Shown: positions 9,638-25,199, counted from the first letter of the stretch. The stretch: DNA of 64,000 bases from Sminthopsis crassicaudata (GCF_048593235.1 NC_133617.1:73678937-73742936); one strand, 5' to 3'. The notes: generated from the sequence alone by a model not told the origin. Made by a program: numbers and translations.

Positions 9638-12600
9638 GAGAAAGAAATTTGTAAAGGCAACATTATAGGTGAGTTACTGAGAACTTTTTTCTCAGTCATT
9701 AAACCCATATTTCTTTAATATCTATTAGGGCTTGGGTGGTCACTAGACAGAGGTCCCTCAGACAAAGTTCAAAGAAGAAGACTGGAGAGATCACTGTGTA
9801 GGTGAAGAGGTAGAAATGAGACAAAGCCTTTATGATTCATGGGCAAAGATTGGAGAAATAAAAGACATCATCTGCGATAATTATATTTGTGATTTCTTAT
9901 GCTTTTAGGTATTCATCAGCCCTGCCAAACTGGCCTTTCATCACACAAAACAGTCTATCCTATCATCTCTGTGCCTTTGTCTTTTTTACTAGCTATCCAC
10001 CCTGCTGGAATTTGCTTCCTCCTGACTTCTGCCTCCTAAAATCTCTAGTTTCTTTAGAGTTTTGCTCAAATTTTGCCTTTTACACAAAGTCTTTCCTTAT
10101 TCTCACCAGCCACTAAGGTCTCACCTCCAAAATTAATTTGTGTGTATTTTGTACATATTTATGTATATGTTTTGTCTTTTATCTTTCTCTGGAAAAGACA
10201 TGAAGTAGGTCTGTTGCTCCTGTAGCTTTCTTATTGATTGGAGGAGTATTTGTGAATCTGCCAGCCACCTCATGGAGTAGCCACCCTGTCAAATTGTCAA
10301 AGTCTATCTTTCTTTTAGTGATTTTTCTTTTACATTATTGTAGCCTAAAACAATATCAATCATCAAGCATTTCTTAAGCACCTATTATGTATCAGCCATT
10401 ATAAGTATTTTTCTTCTCATTCTTCTTCATTATGCTTCAGTTCATGTGGAACTTTCCATATTGCTCTGAATTCCATATATATATATATATCTTGTTTAAC
10501 TATGATTCCTCATAGATCAGCAATAACAACTTAAGAATCACTTGAGAAAGTTGTTTAAATTTTATGAGATGTAATTTATCTGGGTCAATTGCCTTAAATT
10601 TACTTAAGACAATTCTCCTCCCATCCTTTAATTTAAGTTTCATTTAGCTTCAAATTCTTTTTCTTCTGTCTTATGTAGTTTAAAGGTCATTCTCCTTGCT
10701 AAATAGAGAGAAGATAAACAGGAATTAAGTAGGTTTTCTTTTCCTCTTCATCTGTTTTCATTTACATTATTGTAGCTAAACACAATATCAATCAACAAGC
10801 ATTTCTTAAGCACAACATGCGCCAGGAATTATAAATATTTTTCTTCTACATCTTCATTCCATATCATTTCTTGTAGAACTTCCCATATCACTCTGAATTT
10901 TTTTATATTCATCGTTTTTGCTGTAGAAGTGTATATTAGTCTTCCATAATTATCATATGCAATAGTTTTTTTCATCCACTTCACAATCAATGAATATATT
11001 TTGTTTTCAATTTTTTGAAATGCTGAATGAACATTCAGATACATTTTACAGAAATACAGAACACTTTTATGTTCATTCTTGGTTTTGTGTCCATAATTTC
11101 CTTTTGACTCTTTTAAGATTATTAGATGCCTCTCTCCTTTCTGCAGTTTACATCAAATTACTAGAGGAATATTGCATAACATAAAAGGATTCTGATCCAG
11201 ATATAGGTTGGACTAGGCAGCCTTGGAAATCCCTTTCATTTCTAAAATTCTATGACTCTAACTCTTACTTCAAATCCTTTAAGACTCCATGACTAAGATT
11301 CTTTTCTTGAAAACATCCAATCAGACTTTGTCCAGGGCACACTTGGCATTTTCTAGTAAACCTGAGAAGGACATAGTCACTTCATTCTTCTTTCATCCAG
11401 TTCCTTCTTAATTGGTCAAAACCAGATTCAACATAGCAGCTCTCATTTATATTTCTTCTATCTTCTGAAAGATGAAATTATCATTAAAATGACTGGTTCC
11501 AGCCTACTTTGCCAGATTTATTGAACATCACCATCCTTTGAGTTCTGTATGTTCTGAACAGACTGCCTTCCTTGCTGTTCCCTATTCATGATATTTCATC
11601 CTGTTGAATTTGATCATCTATATCAAAAACTCTTAATCAATTTCTTTCAGATGGTCAAGTAGTTGGAAGAAGAAAAAAGAAGAAAGAGGAAAAGGAGGAG
11701 AAAGATAAAGATGAGAAGAGAAAGAAAGATGCAGCAGCAGTAAAGATAATAGTAGCAAAAATTCGTCTATCTAGTACTTTACAATTTGCAAAATACTTTC
11801 CTTACAACAATGCTATGAAGTAGATAGTAAATTATTACCACTACTTCTTTTTCCTTTTTGTCCTTAACCAAATGTTCTATAGTTTTCCCAGCAGGTTTAT
11901 GGATTTCCATGTTGGTATATATGGGGTATTCAAGGACTAGCATCTGTGAGAAATAGTTCATTTGGACCCCTTCTCTATTTCAATTAGTATCAATAAGTTT
12001 GCTATTTTACAACAATCATATAGAGACAATTAGATAAGATAGGTTCTTAAGGTAGATCTTTATTGTAGACCTCAGACTTTAATCTAACACTTGCCACTTA
12101 GCCATCATACTTAAGCAGCTCACTTGCATAACCATTAAGAATTCTGACAAAGCTATCTCCATCATTTTTTGCTCAGATTCCACATTCATACCTATTGTGG
12201 GTGGGATGCTTTGGTTCTTTGGGAAAAGCCCCAACTTCTGGATTACCCTCTCTTGTCCAACCTGAACAGGTCTCTATTTTATGATCATCTTATGACCACT
12301 TAGTAGGGATGTCTTGTGCTTCATCTAACCCATGACTCCTCTGCTGATTCCCCACTCTATGTCAGGGCACCAAAGAGCAATCCTGGAAATAGCTGATAGA
12401 TGAGATCAAGATCATTGGAAAATTTAATGTCCTTCCCAAGGCTTCAGATTGCTGCTGGGTTGACCTCTGCTTGATATATCCTACTAGTCTTTCCAAACAT
12501 CTCTCTACACTTCACTGTCTTGAATAGAAGATAAAAGAACATCTCTTCTCTCTTTCCAACTAAAGTAAAATTCCATTCAAGAATTCGAGAGAGACAGAGA

Positions 12601-12774
12601 TGGTCAAGTCTTGGCCACCCTGCTTATATTATTCTAAAGGTGACCTTTCTGAAATTAACAATATCTTTAATTCAAGCAGAAAGTGCCAAATTGTAGTAAC
12701 GGTAGATTTTTTTTTGGGGGGGGGGGGTAATGCTGATTTGTGAGCAAAAAGGAGTGAGATAGGCTGATTGAGAG

Positions 12775-13052
12775 TGTAGTGTCCAGACTAGCTCTCTGGA
12801 GGATCTCGGATCAGCCTTGATTTTAGTGGAGGAGTGCAGTAGGCAGGAGAGCCACCAAGAGGATGGTCAAAGATGAAATTTCCAGTCCTCTCAGTCTTTA
12901 AATACCTCAGTATGATTACATCATTACAGCACACTAAGTGTGAACTAGATAACCATCATCTCATTAATCACACTGAGTTAACATCCTGCCCTAAGTACCT
13001 TTGCCTCAAGTATACTTTTCTCAGAGTTTCCCAATATCTGCAGTCCTCTATA
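12775..13052 (-). mobile_element. Solo LTR (278 bp) of an endogenous retrovirus-like element
   Basis: Starts tgtagtg, ends ctctata (CA decayed to TA); 5-bp TSD gagag at 12770-12774 and 13053-13057; TATA-like tatttaaa on the minus strand. Confidence 0.75.
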
Positions 13053-13639
13053 GAGAGTATAATTGAATGCATTTTGAACTGGTTAAACATCAACTATATG
13101 TAAAAAGTAGATTTTAAAAGTGAAATTATTGTGTAGAGAAATTTCTAGAAGAGGTATCTATCCTTAACGCTGAACCAAAATTTTAACCTTTGAGATAAAG
13201 GAAAACATGCTTATCAAATATAGAAAGGGAATAAGGCTGAATACAGTAACTAACACTTCAAATAATAGTATCAGAATTTTTAAATCTAGTAATTAAAATA
13301 ATGGACTAAAAATAAAATTTAATTTCAAAGGGATAAAAAAAGTCTTGCATTTAGTTTTTTAAAGTCTATTGTAAACATACAAAATATAAGAGAGTTGGCT
13401 TAAAAACAGATCCTGCAAAAAAAACTTTAGCTGACTGCAAGTTCAGCATGAATCAATAGTATAGAGAGAATGATAAAAAAAAACTAATGGAATCTTAGGT
13501 GACATTCATAGAAACATTCTGTCCAGAACAATAGAGATAATACTTCATCTATACTCTGTTAGAGAACTAATTAAATTCCTCTGAAAATGGAAATTGTGAA
13601 ACAGAAATCATGAGCTTTACTAAGGGATCTGAGATCTCT

Positions 13640-15215
<1,576 letters not shown>

Positions 15216-18200
15216 CTGAAATAATAAGTAAAAAGACAATACAAATGTCACCTCTTCTACAGTACTTTATGCACCTCTGTATACTCTATGTTCTAGCCAC
15301 TCTTGGGTCCTTATCTTTCCACACTTCCTCTGAGTCTTTATTCATACTATCTACCATAACAAGAGTTTTCCCCTATCTCTATCTGTTAAACTCATCTTTC
15401 AAAGGGAAGCTTAGATACCTCCTCTTCCATGAAGCTTGCCTGATACCCCTGCTTGAAATTCTGTCTCTCTTCTCAAATCACTCACAGCACTTTTCTGGAC
15501 CTCTTCTATGTACCTATGATATATTCTAATTTTCATTCCCCCCACACACATTTTATTTAAAGACATAACACCTGGAAGTGTTTTGTTTAATTGAACCCTT
15601 CCTTTTACAGATCAGAAAAGTGAGATCAAAAGAAATAAATTAACTTATTTACTCTAATACAGTGGGTTTGTAACATAATTAAGATTATTAGAATCCAGTG
15701 TCCAGACTTCCTGTCCAGTGCTCTCTCCACTATGTCATCTTTTGCACTAATATTGTATTTTATATTAGTCATTGATTCACTCAAAAACCTTTTATTAAGC
15801 ACATATTGTTTGTAAGGCATGATTCAAGGTAATAACTACTTAAATTATATGATCAGAGATTCAGAGCTACAAGGCATGTTAGAGATCATCTAGACTGTTA
15901 TTTTTCAAACTTTTCTTCTCAATATCTTTATAATTATTAAAAAAAATTTGAGGCTCTGTCCAAAGAGTTTTTGTTTATGTGGGTTATATTTATAGTTATT
16001 TAACATATTAGAAATAAAAACTCATTTTGTATTTGTAGATCCTCTGGAAAGTTTTCAGACAACCTGAGTGGTTGACAACCACTGATCTAAGGTAACCTCT
16101 TCATTTATAGATAAAGAAATTGAAACTTGGAGAATTAACCAAGGTCACATGTCTCCTGCATAATGGAGCCAGGATTTGAACCTGGAAAGCCTTTTGTCAG
16201 AGCCATATCATTACTTTGAACCTAGGTCCTGAAATAATAAAGAGTGTCTGTCTCTAAGGAGCCTTCCATCTAGCCAGAAGATATGATACTATAATAAAGA
16301 TAACTACAATGTCTACTATTATATTAGAGAGGTGAAAATAATAATTCTAAGAGAGGTCTAAAAATATCATTACCAACTGGGGACACCCAGGGAAGGATTC
16401 CTGGAGGTGTTGGATTTTAGTTGGATTTTAAATGAGTATGAATTCAACAATTAAAAGGAGGATGAAAATTCATCAAAAAATATATTAATTGTGTTCAGTA
16501 GAAGATATTGCAAGATGCTGAGGATAAAAAGAAAACTAGTATACATTCTGTCCTCAAGAACCTGGTAATAGAAAGATAAAAATTGAACACAAAATATGGT
16601 GAAAGCAAAAGAGATACAAATATCTCTTCAAAAAGTTGAAGAAAGAGAAATTACACTGAGCTAGAAAAGTCAGCAAAGACTTCATGGATGAGATGGATTC
16701 TGAATATGGCCAGGCTTCTGCCAATAAGCCAGCCCAAGAGAACAGCAACAGGGAAGTTTTTATTCACTCAGAGTGAGATATGCCCCACCAGCAGTTGCTA
16801 GATATGTGTGTCCCTAAATAATATTTATAATTTACATGAGACAAAAGAGAAGGGGAAATGGCCATGCAACTGGTTATGCCTGGGGAAAAGCAGTATGCTT
16901 GTTAAGGAAAATGCTAGTCACAAAAGATAAAGAAGGAATGTGCCCTAGTAAATATAGCAAGTTGCACTGTCAAAGGAAACATCTATCACTTGTAAGATAA
17001 GATAAAGGATAAGCTGTTGAGTTCTTCCTTTGTAGCATTTGTGTCTTCTGTAATAATTAAGGGAGGAAAGAAGACACTGAAGGAAGCCAGCTGTTATAAG
17101 CTGATCCTGAAGTTCATATAGGGGATCATCCATAACAATATGACCAATACAGAACAAAATGAAGCAATTTATGTTAATTCCTTTTTTATTGTTAATTCTT
17201 TTACATTTTTTCAATAGTATTTTTTCGAGCATATGCAAAAATAGCTTACAACATTAATTTCTGCAAGAATTTACATTCCAAATTTTTCTCCCTCCTTCTC
17301 TTACCTCCCCCCTCTTCCTGTAATCTTAGCCAATCTGAGAGGTGTGAGGTGGTACCTCAGATTTGTCTTAATTTGCATTTTTCTAATCAATTTTAGGAAA
17401 TTTCTTCATATTACTAGAAATGGCTTTAATTTCTTTGTCTGAAAATTGTTCATATTCTTTGAGTCATTTCAATTTGTCAATTCTTAACATATTTCTCTTG
17501 GATCTTAAAAATCCATTTTTAACAGCCTTAGAGAAAGTTGAAAATCTGGAGTAAAAAGGAAGTTTGGAAGCCATATCTAGTCCACATTCATTTCATTTTA
17601 CAGATGATGAAACTGAGGCTCAGGGAAGTTAAGTGACTTTTCCAAAGTCACATAGGTAGTAATTACTAAAGAAAGATTTTTTTAACTCAGGATCTGTCAC
17701 TTCAAAGCTCCTGTCTTTGAATTCTTTTGAATTCAATATAAAGAAGAAATGCATGGGAGATATCTCCAAGCATGGGAGATAGCCTATGGACATGGATGTA
17801 CAAGAATGCAGATTAATCTCAAAGAATAGCTAGTAGTTTAATTTGGCTAGAATATGGAGTATTTGAAGGAAAGCACCATTTACAATCTCATGTGAAATGA
17901 GATTAGAAAGATAGTTTGAATAAGATTGTGGGAGCTTGAATGCCCAATAAGAAGATCATATTTTATCTTATAAGTAAGGAGAAACCTCCACCAAGTCCTT
18001 GTCTAATGCTTCATTGTGGGAAGGTAACATTGGATTCTTAAAGGCTATGACAGTGTAAGCTGTGGAAATTTCTAAAATGTTTGAAATATGATCCTGGCAA
18101 ATAGACTGAGTATGTTTTCTGAGGTAAATCTAAAATAGAATGGTCATTTGAGGATGAAATTTTTGGCCCTGGAAACCATAAAATAAAAATTTCAAATGGA

Positions 18201-19068
18201 TGACAGAACTGGGTAGTCCTCTATGATTTCTGCAGTGATAGTAGCAGAATTAGGTAAAAAAGAGATAGATAAGACTACTGTCAGTAAGCTTAAATTTGAT
18301 CATTGTTACACTATGCAATTATCAATGACTAGGCATACTGCTAGAGAAACTGAATCGTATCAGTCTTGATGTTTCCAATTTACTCAGAACAGAAAAAAGA
18401 TGGAAAAGTTAGCTGATCAGACTTATCATATCCAAGTTCACCAAGTGACTGTGCCTGTTTGAATTTGTCTTTCTAAACTGAAATGCGTGTATTTAGATTA
18501 ATAAAGTTTCTGCCATATATGTACCTAAAATTATAGATTGGAGTATTAATGCTTTTTTCCCTAATAAGCATACATGAAAACAAATTCCTTCTACATCATT
18601 TCCAACAAATAGTCATTCAGCCTTTGGTAAACCATGAGTCCAAAAGAGTAATCATAGAACATGCTGCTTTCTCATCTAACAGTTAGAGAAGGGAATTTAA
18701 AATGCAAAAAGAGAAGTCCAGTTTTGGACACAGCCAACGTAGGAATTTATTTTTCTGGACTGTGCGGCTAAGTGTTGTGGGCTTTATTTTTTAAGTTTGT
18801 TTTTTAAATGTATATTCAAATTTCAGTTCTGCCATGTACTTATGGTACAATCTGGCTAAGTCCCTTCTTTCCAGGCCTCAGTTTTTTCATTAGTAAAACA
18901 AATAGGTTAGACTAGTAGAATTCAAGGACCCAGTCTAGCTCTAAAATAGTGACTGTCTATGAGGCTCACTTAGCACCCTTCTAAATACAAATATATTCTA
19001 TATCTGCATACACATTAAATGAATGTGTGATCAGTGACTGAAGGAATGAAAGGTCCTCATTTGCTTAC

Positions 19069-19170
19069 CTAAGCAAAATATCTCTCTCTTCAGCTCCCTG
19101 CATGTCTGTAACTCATGGTTCTTCCTTTTGGTCCAATTGGGAGATCACATCAGGTCTGGAGACTGGAAAT
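19069..19170 (-). pseudogene. Locus B: KRAB-B exon relic
   Basis: FPVSRPDVISQLDQKEEP*VTDMQGAEERDILL|gtaagc; TGG>TGA at 19113-19115; acceptor lost. Confidence 0.85.
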
Positions 19171-19721
19171 AATGTAAATGGGAAAGGAAATGGAATGTTC
19201 TAGACACACTGGGCTCACTCCCTGCCCCTAAGGTTGCAGAGGGCTAACAGGAAGACAAAGACTATATGCAGTGAGAGTGAGATAGTGAAGGCCTAGGAAC
19301 TCTCTGTGCGTCCTCTGGAGGAATTCAGGTCTGTTCCTCTCCTCCACTCCTTAGATTGATGGCAAAAATAGTTGAAGTATTGGTGACCTGGGCATAAGGA
19401 ATAGTAAATTCATGGGATTCTATCCCTGGGGGAAGAAAGAAACTCCCACTTTTGGGAAAATCCATACTTGTCCTTGAAAGAGAATCCTGGGCATGGAGCA
19501 ATAAGGCCAAACTTCCTACAAAAGGATGACTGAAATTCAGGGGGAATTCAAGGAGCTGTTCATTTGTAATACTAGATAATACTAGCCTGTAAACTAGGAT
19601 CAGGGAGCAGAAGTACCCTGGGTCTAAACCCTGACAGAATTAAGACTCACTCATTCCTGATTCTTAATTCCCAATCCTTAGACCCCCTTACCAGCTGCTT
19701 ACAAAAGTGGAAGACAAGAAA

Positions 19722-19790
19722 GTCAGATACCATGTTGCCATAATTATCCATTATCATATTCTGTAGAGGCCCCCCTCAGTAAGGTCCAAA
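19722..19790 (-). pseudogene. Locus B: 3' half of KRAB-A exon, cut off by an L1
   Basis: ttggaccttactgaggggggcctctacaga-atatgataatggataattatggcaacatggtatct = LD..LYR.MIMDNYGNMVS with a 1-nt deletion; L1 ORF2 sequence starts at about 19793. Confidence 0.7.
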
Positions 19791-19792
19791 GA

Positions 19793-21205
19793 GAAATGCT
19801 AGCTATAGCATTTATAGAATAGAAGGAAATTAAAGGAATTAAAATAGACAATGAGAAAACAAAACTATCACTCTCTGCAAATGATAGGATGTTATATTTA
19901 GTATACTGGTACACCAGAGAATCAACTAAGAACTACTTGAAATATTTAATAACTTCAGCAAAGTTGCAGATTATAAAATAAACTCACATAAATCATCAGA
20001 ATCTCTATATTTTATTACTAACAAAGTCCACAACAAAAGATAGAAAGAGAAATTCCACTTAAAATAACTGTAAAAAATATAAAATACTTGGGACTCTATC
20101 TAGCAAAATAAATCCAGGAACTCACAAAATACTTTCCACACAAATAAAGTCAGATCTAAAGAATTGGAGAAAGTATAAATGATCATGGGTAGACTGAGCT
20201 AATATAATAAAAATGACAGTTCTATATAAGTTAATTTCTTTATTTTGTGCCATACCAAACTATCAAAAAAGTATTTAATATAGTTAGAAAAAATAATAAT
20301 ATTCAATTGGAAAAACAAAAGATCAAGAATATCAAGGGAATAGATGGGGGAAGGGGAAGATAGCCTTGTAGTACCATATCTCAAAGTGTATTACAAAGCA
20401 GAAATTATCAAAAATCAAGAAATAGGAAAGTAAAGCAGTGGAATAGATTAGGTACACAATCACAGTAGTAAATGAGCATAGTAATCTAATTCCTGATAAA
20501 CACAAAATTTCAAATATTTCTGGAAATACTGGAAAGTAGTTTGGCAGAAACTAGGTATAGATCAGTATCTCACATCATATAAAATAAGGTCAAAATAGGT
20601 GCATGATTCAAATATAAAGGTGATATCATAAGCAAATTAGGATAGCATGGAAAATCTAACCTGTCAGTCTATGGGATAAAGGAAAAATTTATGACCAAAA
20701 AAGAAGGAACGAAAAAAGGGAGGAAGGAAAGAAGGAAGGGAGGAAGGAAATGAGGGGAGAAGGAAGGAACGAACAGAGGGATGAACAAATGAACCAAAGA
20801 ATTAAGGAACAAAGGAATAAGGAAAAGGAATATGTACAAAAATATTTATAGCAACTCTTCTTGTGGTATCAAATAAAACTGGGAATGTCCATCAATTGGA
20901 GAATGACTGAACAAATTGTAGTAGAATATAATTGTGATGGAAAACTATTATTCAATAAGAAATGACAGGCAGTATGGTTTCAGAAAAACCTGGAAAGACT
21001 CATATGAACTGATGCAGAGTAAAATAAGCAGAACCAGGGTAACTCTGTGTACAGTAACAGCAATACTGTGCAATGATCCATTGTGTATGGCTTAGTTCCA
21101 CTGAGCAATACAATGATTAAAACAATTTCAAAGGACTCATAATGAAAAATGTTATTCACTTCCAGAGAAAGAATTGGTGAAGCATGAATGTAGATCAAAA
21201 CATAC
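19793..21205 (+). mobile_element. Degraded L1 ORF2/3' fragment containing a (GGAA)n tract at about 20702-20830
   Basis: gaaattaaaggaattaaaatagacaatgagaaaacaaaactatcactc...tataaaataaactcacataaatcatcag, homologous to the 52.8 kb L1. Confidence 0.85.
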
Positions 21206-21664
21206 TTAAAAACAACAACAACAACAACCACAAAACAATATTCCTTTCAATTATATGTAAAGGCAATTGTATTCACTAAAAAAAACAAATGCATTCCAAA
21301 TGTTCTCCCTCCCCTCTCCTTTCTTAAAAAAGGCAAGAATTTTAAATAGATTTTATGTGTTCAAAGATGGAAAACATTTCCATATCAGTCATATTGTGAA
21401 ACAAAACATACATTTTTTTTTACTTTATTTCTCTTGGTTTGGGATATATGTATATATCAAATTGCTTTCTCAGGGAGGGAATTTTAATTAATATACTGAA
21501 CCTGTGAACAAAGTCAGAACCAAATCTTTCTTTAGGTTAGTCTTTCAGTGATCATTTTTAAAACATCTTCAATCATTAAAAACAAAACCAATGTCCAATT
21601 CTATAATTTTAGTCCTCTTGTTGGGATTCAAGGGGAACTCTAAAATGTTTGGGTTCCAGCCTGG

Positions 21665-21790
21665 TGTTGTGAGGTGTCTCAAAAGAATTTGCAGGCTCAG
21701 ACCCATCTCCAAGTCAAGGAACAAAGTTTATTATAATTGTAATGCCAATTAAAATGGGCTGAATTCCAAAAGATTAATATGTCTGTTTAG
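21665..21790 (-). mobile_element. Probable LTR 3' end fragment
   Basis: Minus strand aataaactttgttccttgacttggagatgggtctgagcctgcaaattcttttgagacacctcacaaca: polyA signal and CA terminus. Confidence 0.45.
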
Positions 21791-22559
21791 TTGACCTCTG
21801 CTCTTGTATAGTACCACTGAAAAGACATATAAATTCTGGGTGATTTTATTAATAGTTAGTATTTATATAATGCTTTAAGGTTTGCAAAGTGCTTTGTAAA
21901 TATTATCTCATTTGATTCCCTACAATAACCCTGAGAGGTAGGTGTTATCATATCCATTTTGCAAATAAGGAAATTGAAGCCAATAAAAGTCAATGAATTT
22001 GACTAAGGTCACCCAACTAGTGAGTATCTGATTCTGAATTTGGACTCACGTCTTTCATGACACCAGGAACAGGGTTCCATGTACTGAGTCTTGTTCAGCT
22101 GCAACATTTATGTGTAACTTCTCTGAGACTGATTATGGATTTATCAAACTAAATTCTAAGTGGAATTCTAAAACTAAATGGGCTTGTCAAAGAGGCTAAA
22201 TGGTCAAAGGATGCAAAGCCAGAGTTCAAACCCAGGCCTCCTGATGAAGATAGCATCTGTCCTCTTCTTCTTTTTTTTTTTTTTTTTTCTGTCTTACTGT
22301 TCCATCTCCTCACTTCCTGCCAACTCCAATTTCCTTGCTCCCATCTACTCTTCCTGGATCTTCCTAAATTGCTGCTTCCAGCCTTTTATTCTTCTTCATG
22401 TTTCCTTGGTCCTCAAGATCTTCCATTATATGAATGATTGAATTTTTTCTGTCCCAGGGCCAGAGAGGTCAGATCTGGGCAATTAGGGTGTATTTCTTTG
22501 AATCTCCTCCAATGTCTAGCTTTAGATACAAATTTCATCTTTTAACTGATCCAACCATT

Positions 22560-23220
22560 CTGGATAGCAATTTAGAACTATGCCCCAAGGGCTGTGCATA
22601 CCCTTTGATTCACCAATGTCTCTATTCCAGAGAGATCATAAAAAAGGAAAGAGACCCACATTTGCAAAAAATGTTTGTAGTATCCCTTTTTGTAGTGGCA
22701 AGGAACTGGAAACTGATGGATTCCCATCAATTGGGGAATGGCTGAATAAGTTATGATATATTAATTTAATGGAATATTATTGTTCAATGAGAAATGATCA
22801 GCAGATTGATTTCAGAAAGTTCTGGAGAGAATAAGTGAAGTGAATGGAACCAAGAGAACATTGTACACAGCAACAACAAAATTATGTGATGATCATCTGT
22901 GATAGATGTGGCTCTTTTCAACAATGAGGTGATTCAGGGTAATTCTAATAGTCCTGTGATGGAGAGAGCCATCTGCATCCACAGAGAAGATTATGAGGAC
23001 CTTTGTTGTTGTTTTGTTTGCTTGTTTTTTTCTTTCTCATTTTTTTTCCCTTTTGTCTGATTTTTCTTGTGCAGCATGAGAAATGTGGAAATGTTTAGAA
23101 GAATTGCACATATTTAACCTATATCAAATAGCTTGCTGTCTAAGGGAAGGAGAATGAGAAATATTTGGAATGCAAGGGTCTGCAAGGGTGAATGTTGAAA
23201 ACTATCTTGGCATGTATTTT
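22560..23220 (+). mobile_element. Old L1 3' fragment
   Basis: gcaatttagaactatgccccaagggct...gtggcaaggaactggaaactg...3'UTR. Confidence 0.8.
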
Positions 23221-23229
23221 GGGTACTTC

Positions 23230-24560
23230 ATAGAGCTCACACGCTGGGAGGGAGATTAGGTCGGAGATTAATTTCCGGGGGGTCGTTGACAATGGAAAAT
23301 TCTGTCTCTTTCTCTGTGTGTGTCTCTTCCTCTGTCTCTCTGTGGTCTCCGTGTCTCTCAGAACAGGTCAACCTGCTCAGCGAGGTGTCTGGAGGCGGGG
23401 CCACGAGGCAGTGACCTCGTGGCGACCCTGCCCCGCCCCCTGCCCCTGCAACAGCCTCTGCTGCTCATCAGAGTAAGATCCAGTCCCCGCAGCCCAACAG
23501 GCCCTCATCCCGGAGAATCCCCGCAACTCTCATGCGGACCGCGGCGTCAGACCCGGGCCTCCGCAGTCCCAGAGTCGGTGCGGTCGCCGGACCAGGTCGA
23601 GGCCTCCTGCCGGACCGCTACCGAGACGGCGAGTCCTCCCGAAAGCCTAGAGCGGCGCTGCCGGATTGGGCACTGGAGGTGAGGGCTATACTTCCGGTCC
23701 GTGCTGTCTGGCCCCCCGCGGGAAAGCGATTTGGGGGCTGCGGGTCTGGTCCGGTTCTGTCTCTGTAGTCGGGGCCCGGCGCGGAGGGTGAGTCCCGCTC
23801 GTGCCCGGTCTAGCGAGGGAGGGTGCATCTGAGGGACTTTCGCCCGCCTGTCACTTTTTACAGTGGAGGAAACTGAGGCCGGAGGAAGAAGGGGATGTCA
23901 AGAACAGTTCTCCAGAGACTGGACGGAGGAGACCTGGGTTCAAATCCCGACTCAGGATCAATGTGTGATCTTGGCCGAGTCAGCCCGTCTCCGGACCTCA
24001 GTTCCCTCATCTGCAGAATGGGGCTAATACCTGCCCTTTAAAAAGTCGAACTCCCAATATAATTGCCAAACTGGAAAAATAACATTTCCCGTCTCCGAGA
24101 GATCAAAATATATGCAAAGTGCTCAGCACAGCGCCTGGCACACAGTAAGCGATATCTAAACCTTAAATTAGGATAAAGTGAGATCATATTTGCAACCTTA
24201 AAAGCACACCAAAAATCCTAGCTATTATTATTTTTATTATTCGACGTTGCCCTCCCTCCCCCCGCCTCCCTGGCCAGATCTCCAGCGACCCCTGCCCTGA
24301 CGCTCCCACACTGCCCTAATCTCCCTTTCTGTGTCCCAGTGGTCCCAGGCTGCGCTCTCAAAGGACATGGAGATGGCCGCACTGGGAGCAGGACCCAAGT
24401 TACCTACTGCGCCAACTCAAGTCAGCTGTTCCCTGAGCGCCCGACCCAAACCTCTGTGTCAGGAGACTCGGCTCCCGCTCCAAGACCATCCCCACCAAGG
24501 TACTCTCTATGGGGGGTCTGCACTCGAGATAGCATACCCTCATTTTCCCTCTGAATTTAG
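23230..24560. promoter_or_regulatory. CpG island promoter of locus C, head-to-head with locus B
   Basis: The only strongly CpG-rich stretch in an AT-rich window; GC box ccccgcccc at about 23431, inverted CCAAT (gattgg) at about 23664, ETS motif acttccgg at 23690-23697. Confidence 0.8.
23690..23787 (+). other. Probable non-coding exon 1 of locus C (5' end approximate)
   Basis: Strong donor AGG|gtgagt at 23788; no ATG between the ETS motif and the donor. Confidence 0.55.
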
Positions 24561-24834
24561 GCTTTCCCCTGATCCTAGAAATGTTATGCCTTAAAGCTTG
24601 TCCAGAAGAGAAATTGAGTAAACCCAGCTAGAGCAAGTTTCCATTTCTGATCACATCTGAGGGGAAAGGACTGTAATGACCACTGTGGATATTAGAGTGG
24701 ATTCTTCCTAGTCACAAGAGCTTTTAAGGGAAGGCTCAATAGACGCTAACTCTGAAGTAGTCAAGAAATAGCTTCCCTCTGGGTGGATCTCCTTTTTTTT
24801 CATCTCTGAAATAATAAGAACTCAAGCAAATGAG

Positions 24835-25199
24835 CTCTAACATTCTTTACAAATGTTACAGTCAGACTCTTAGTAATTAAATAGGAATAACATTTTAGCA
24901 GCACAAAGCGCTAACATTCTTTATAAATGTTACAGTCTGATTCTTAGTAATTAAATAGGAATAACATTTTAGCAGCACAAAGCGCTAACATTCTTTATAA
25001 ATGTTACAGTCAGACTCTTAGTAATTAAATAGGAATAACATTTTAGCAGCACAAAGCGCTAACATTCTTTATAAATGTTACAGTCTGATTCTTAGTAATT
25101 AAATAGGAATAACATTTTAGCAGCATAAAGCTCTAACATTCTTTGCAAATGTTACAGTCTGATTCTTAGTAACTAAAAAAGAATAACATTTTAGCAGCA
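24835..25199. repeat. Minisatellite: about 5 tandem copies of a 74-bp unit
   Basis: ctaacattc recurs at 24837, 24911, 24985, 25059 and 25133. Confidence 0.95.

Noticed and set aside
23320-24594. Five ORFs of 71-120 aa around the CpG island
   Set aside because: GC-rich sequence lacks stops by chance; no recognisable domain or splice-consistent frame
24835-25199. CRISPR-like array (regular repeats with hairpins)
   Set aside because: Units are contiguous with no unique spacers, there are no cas genes, and the context is a mammalian intron; it is a minisatellite
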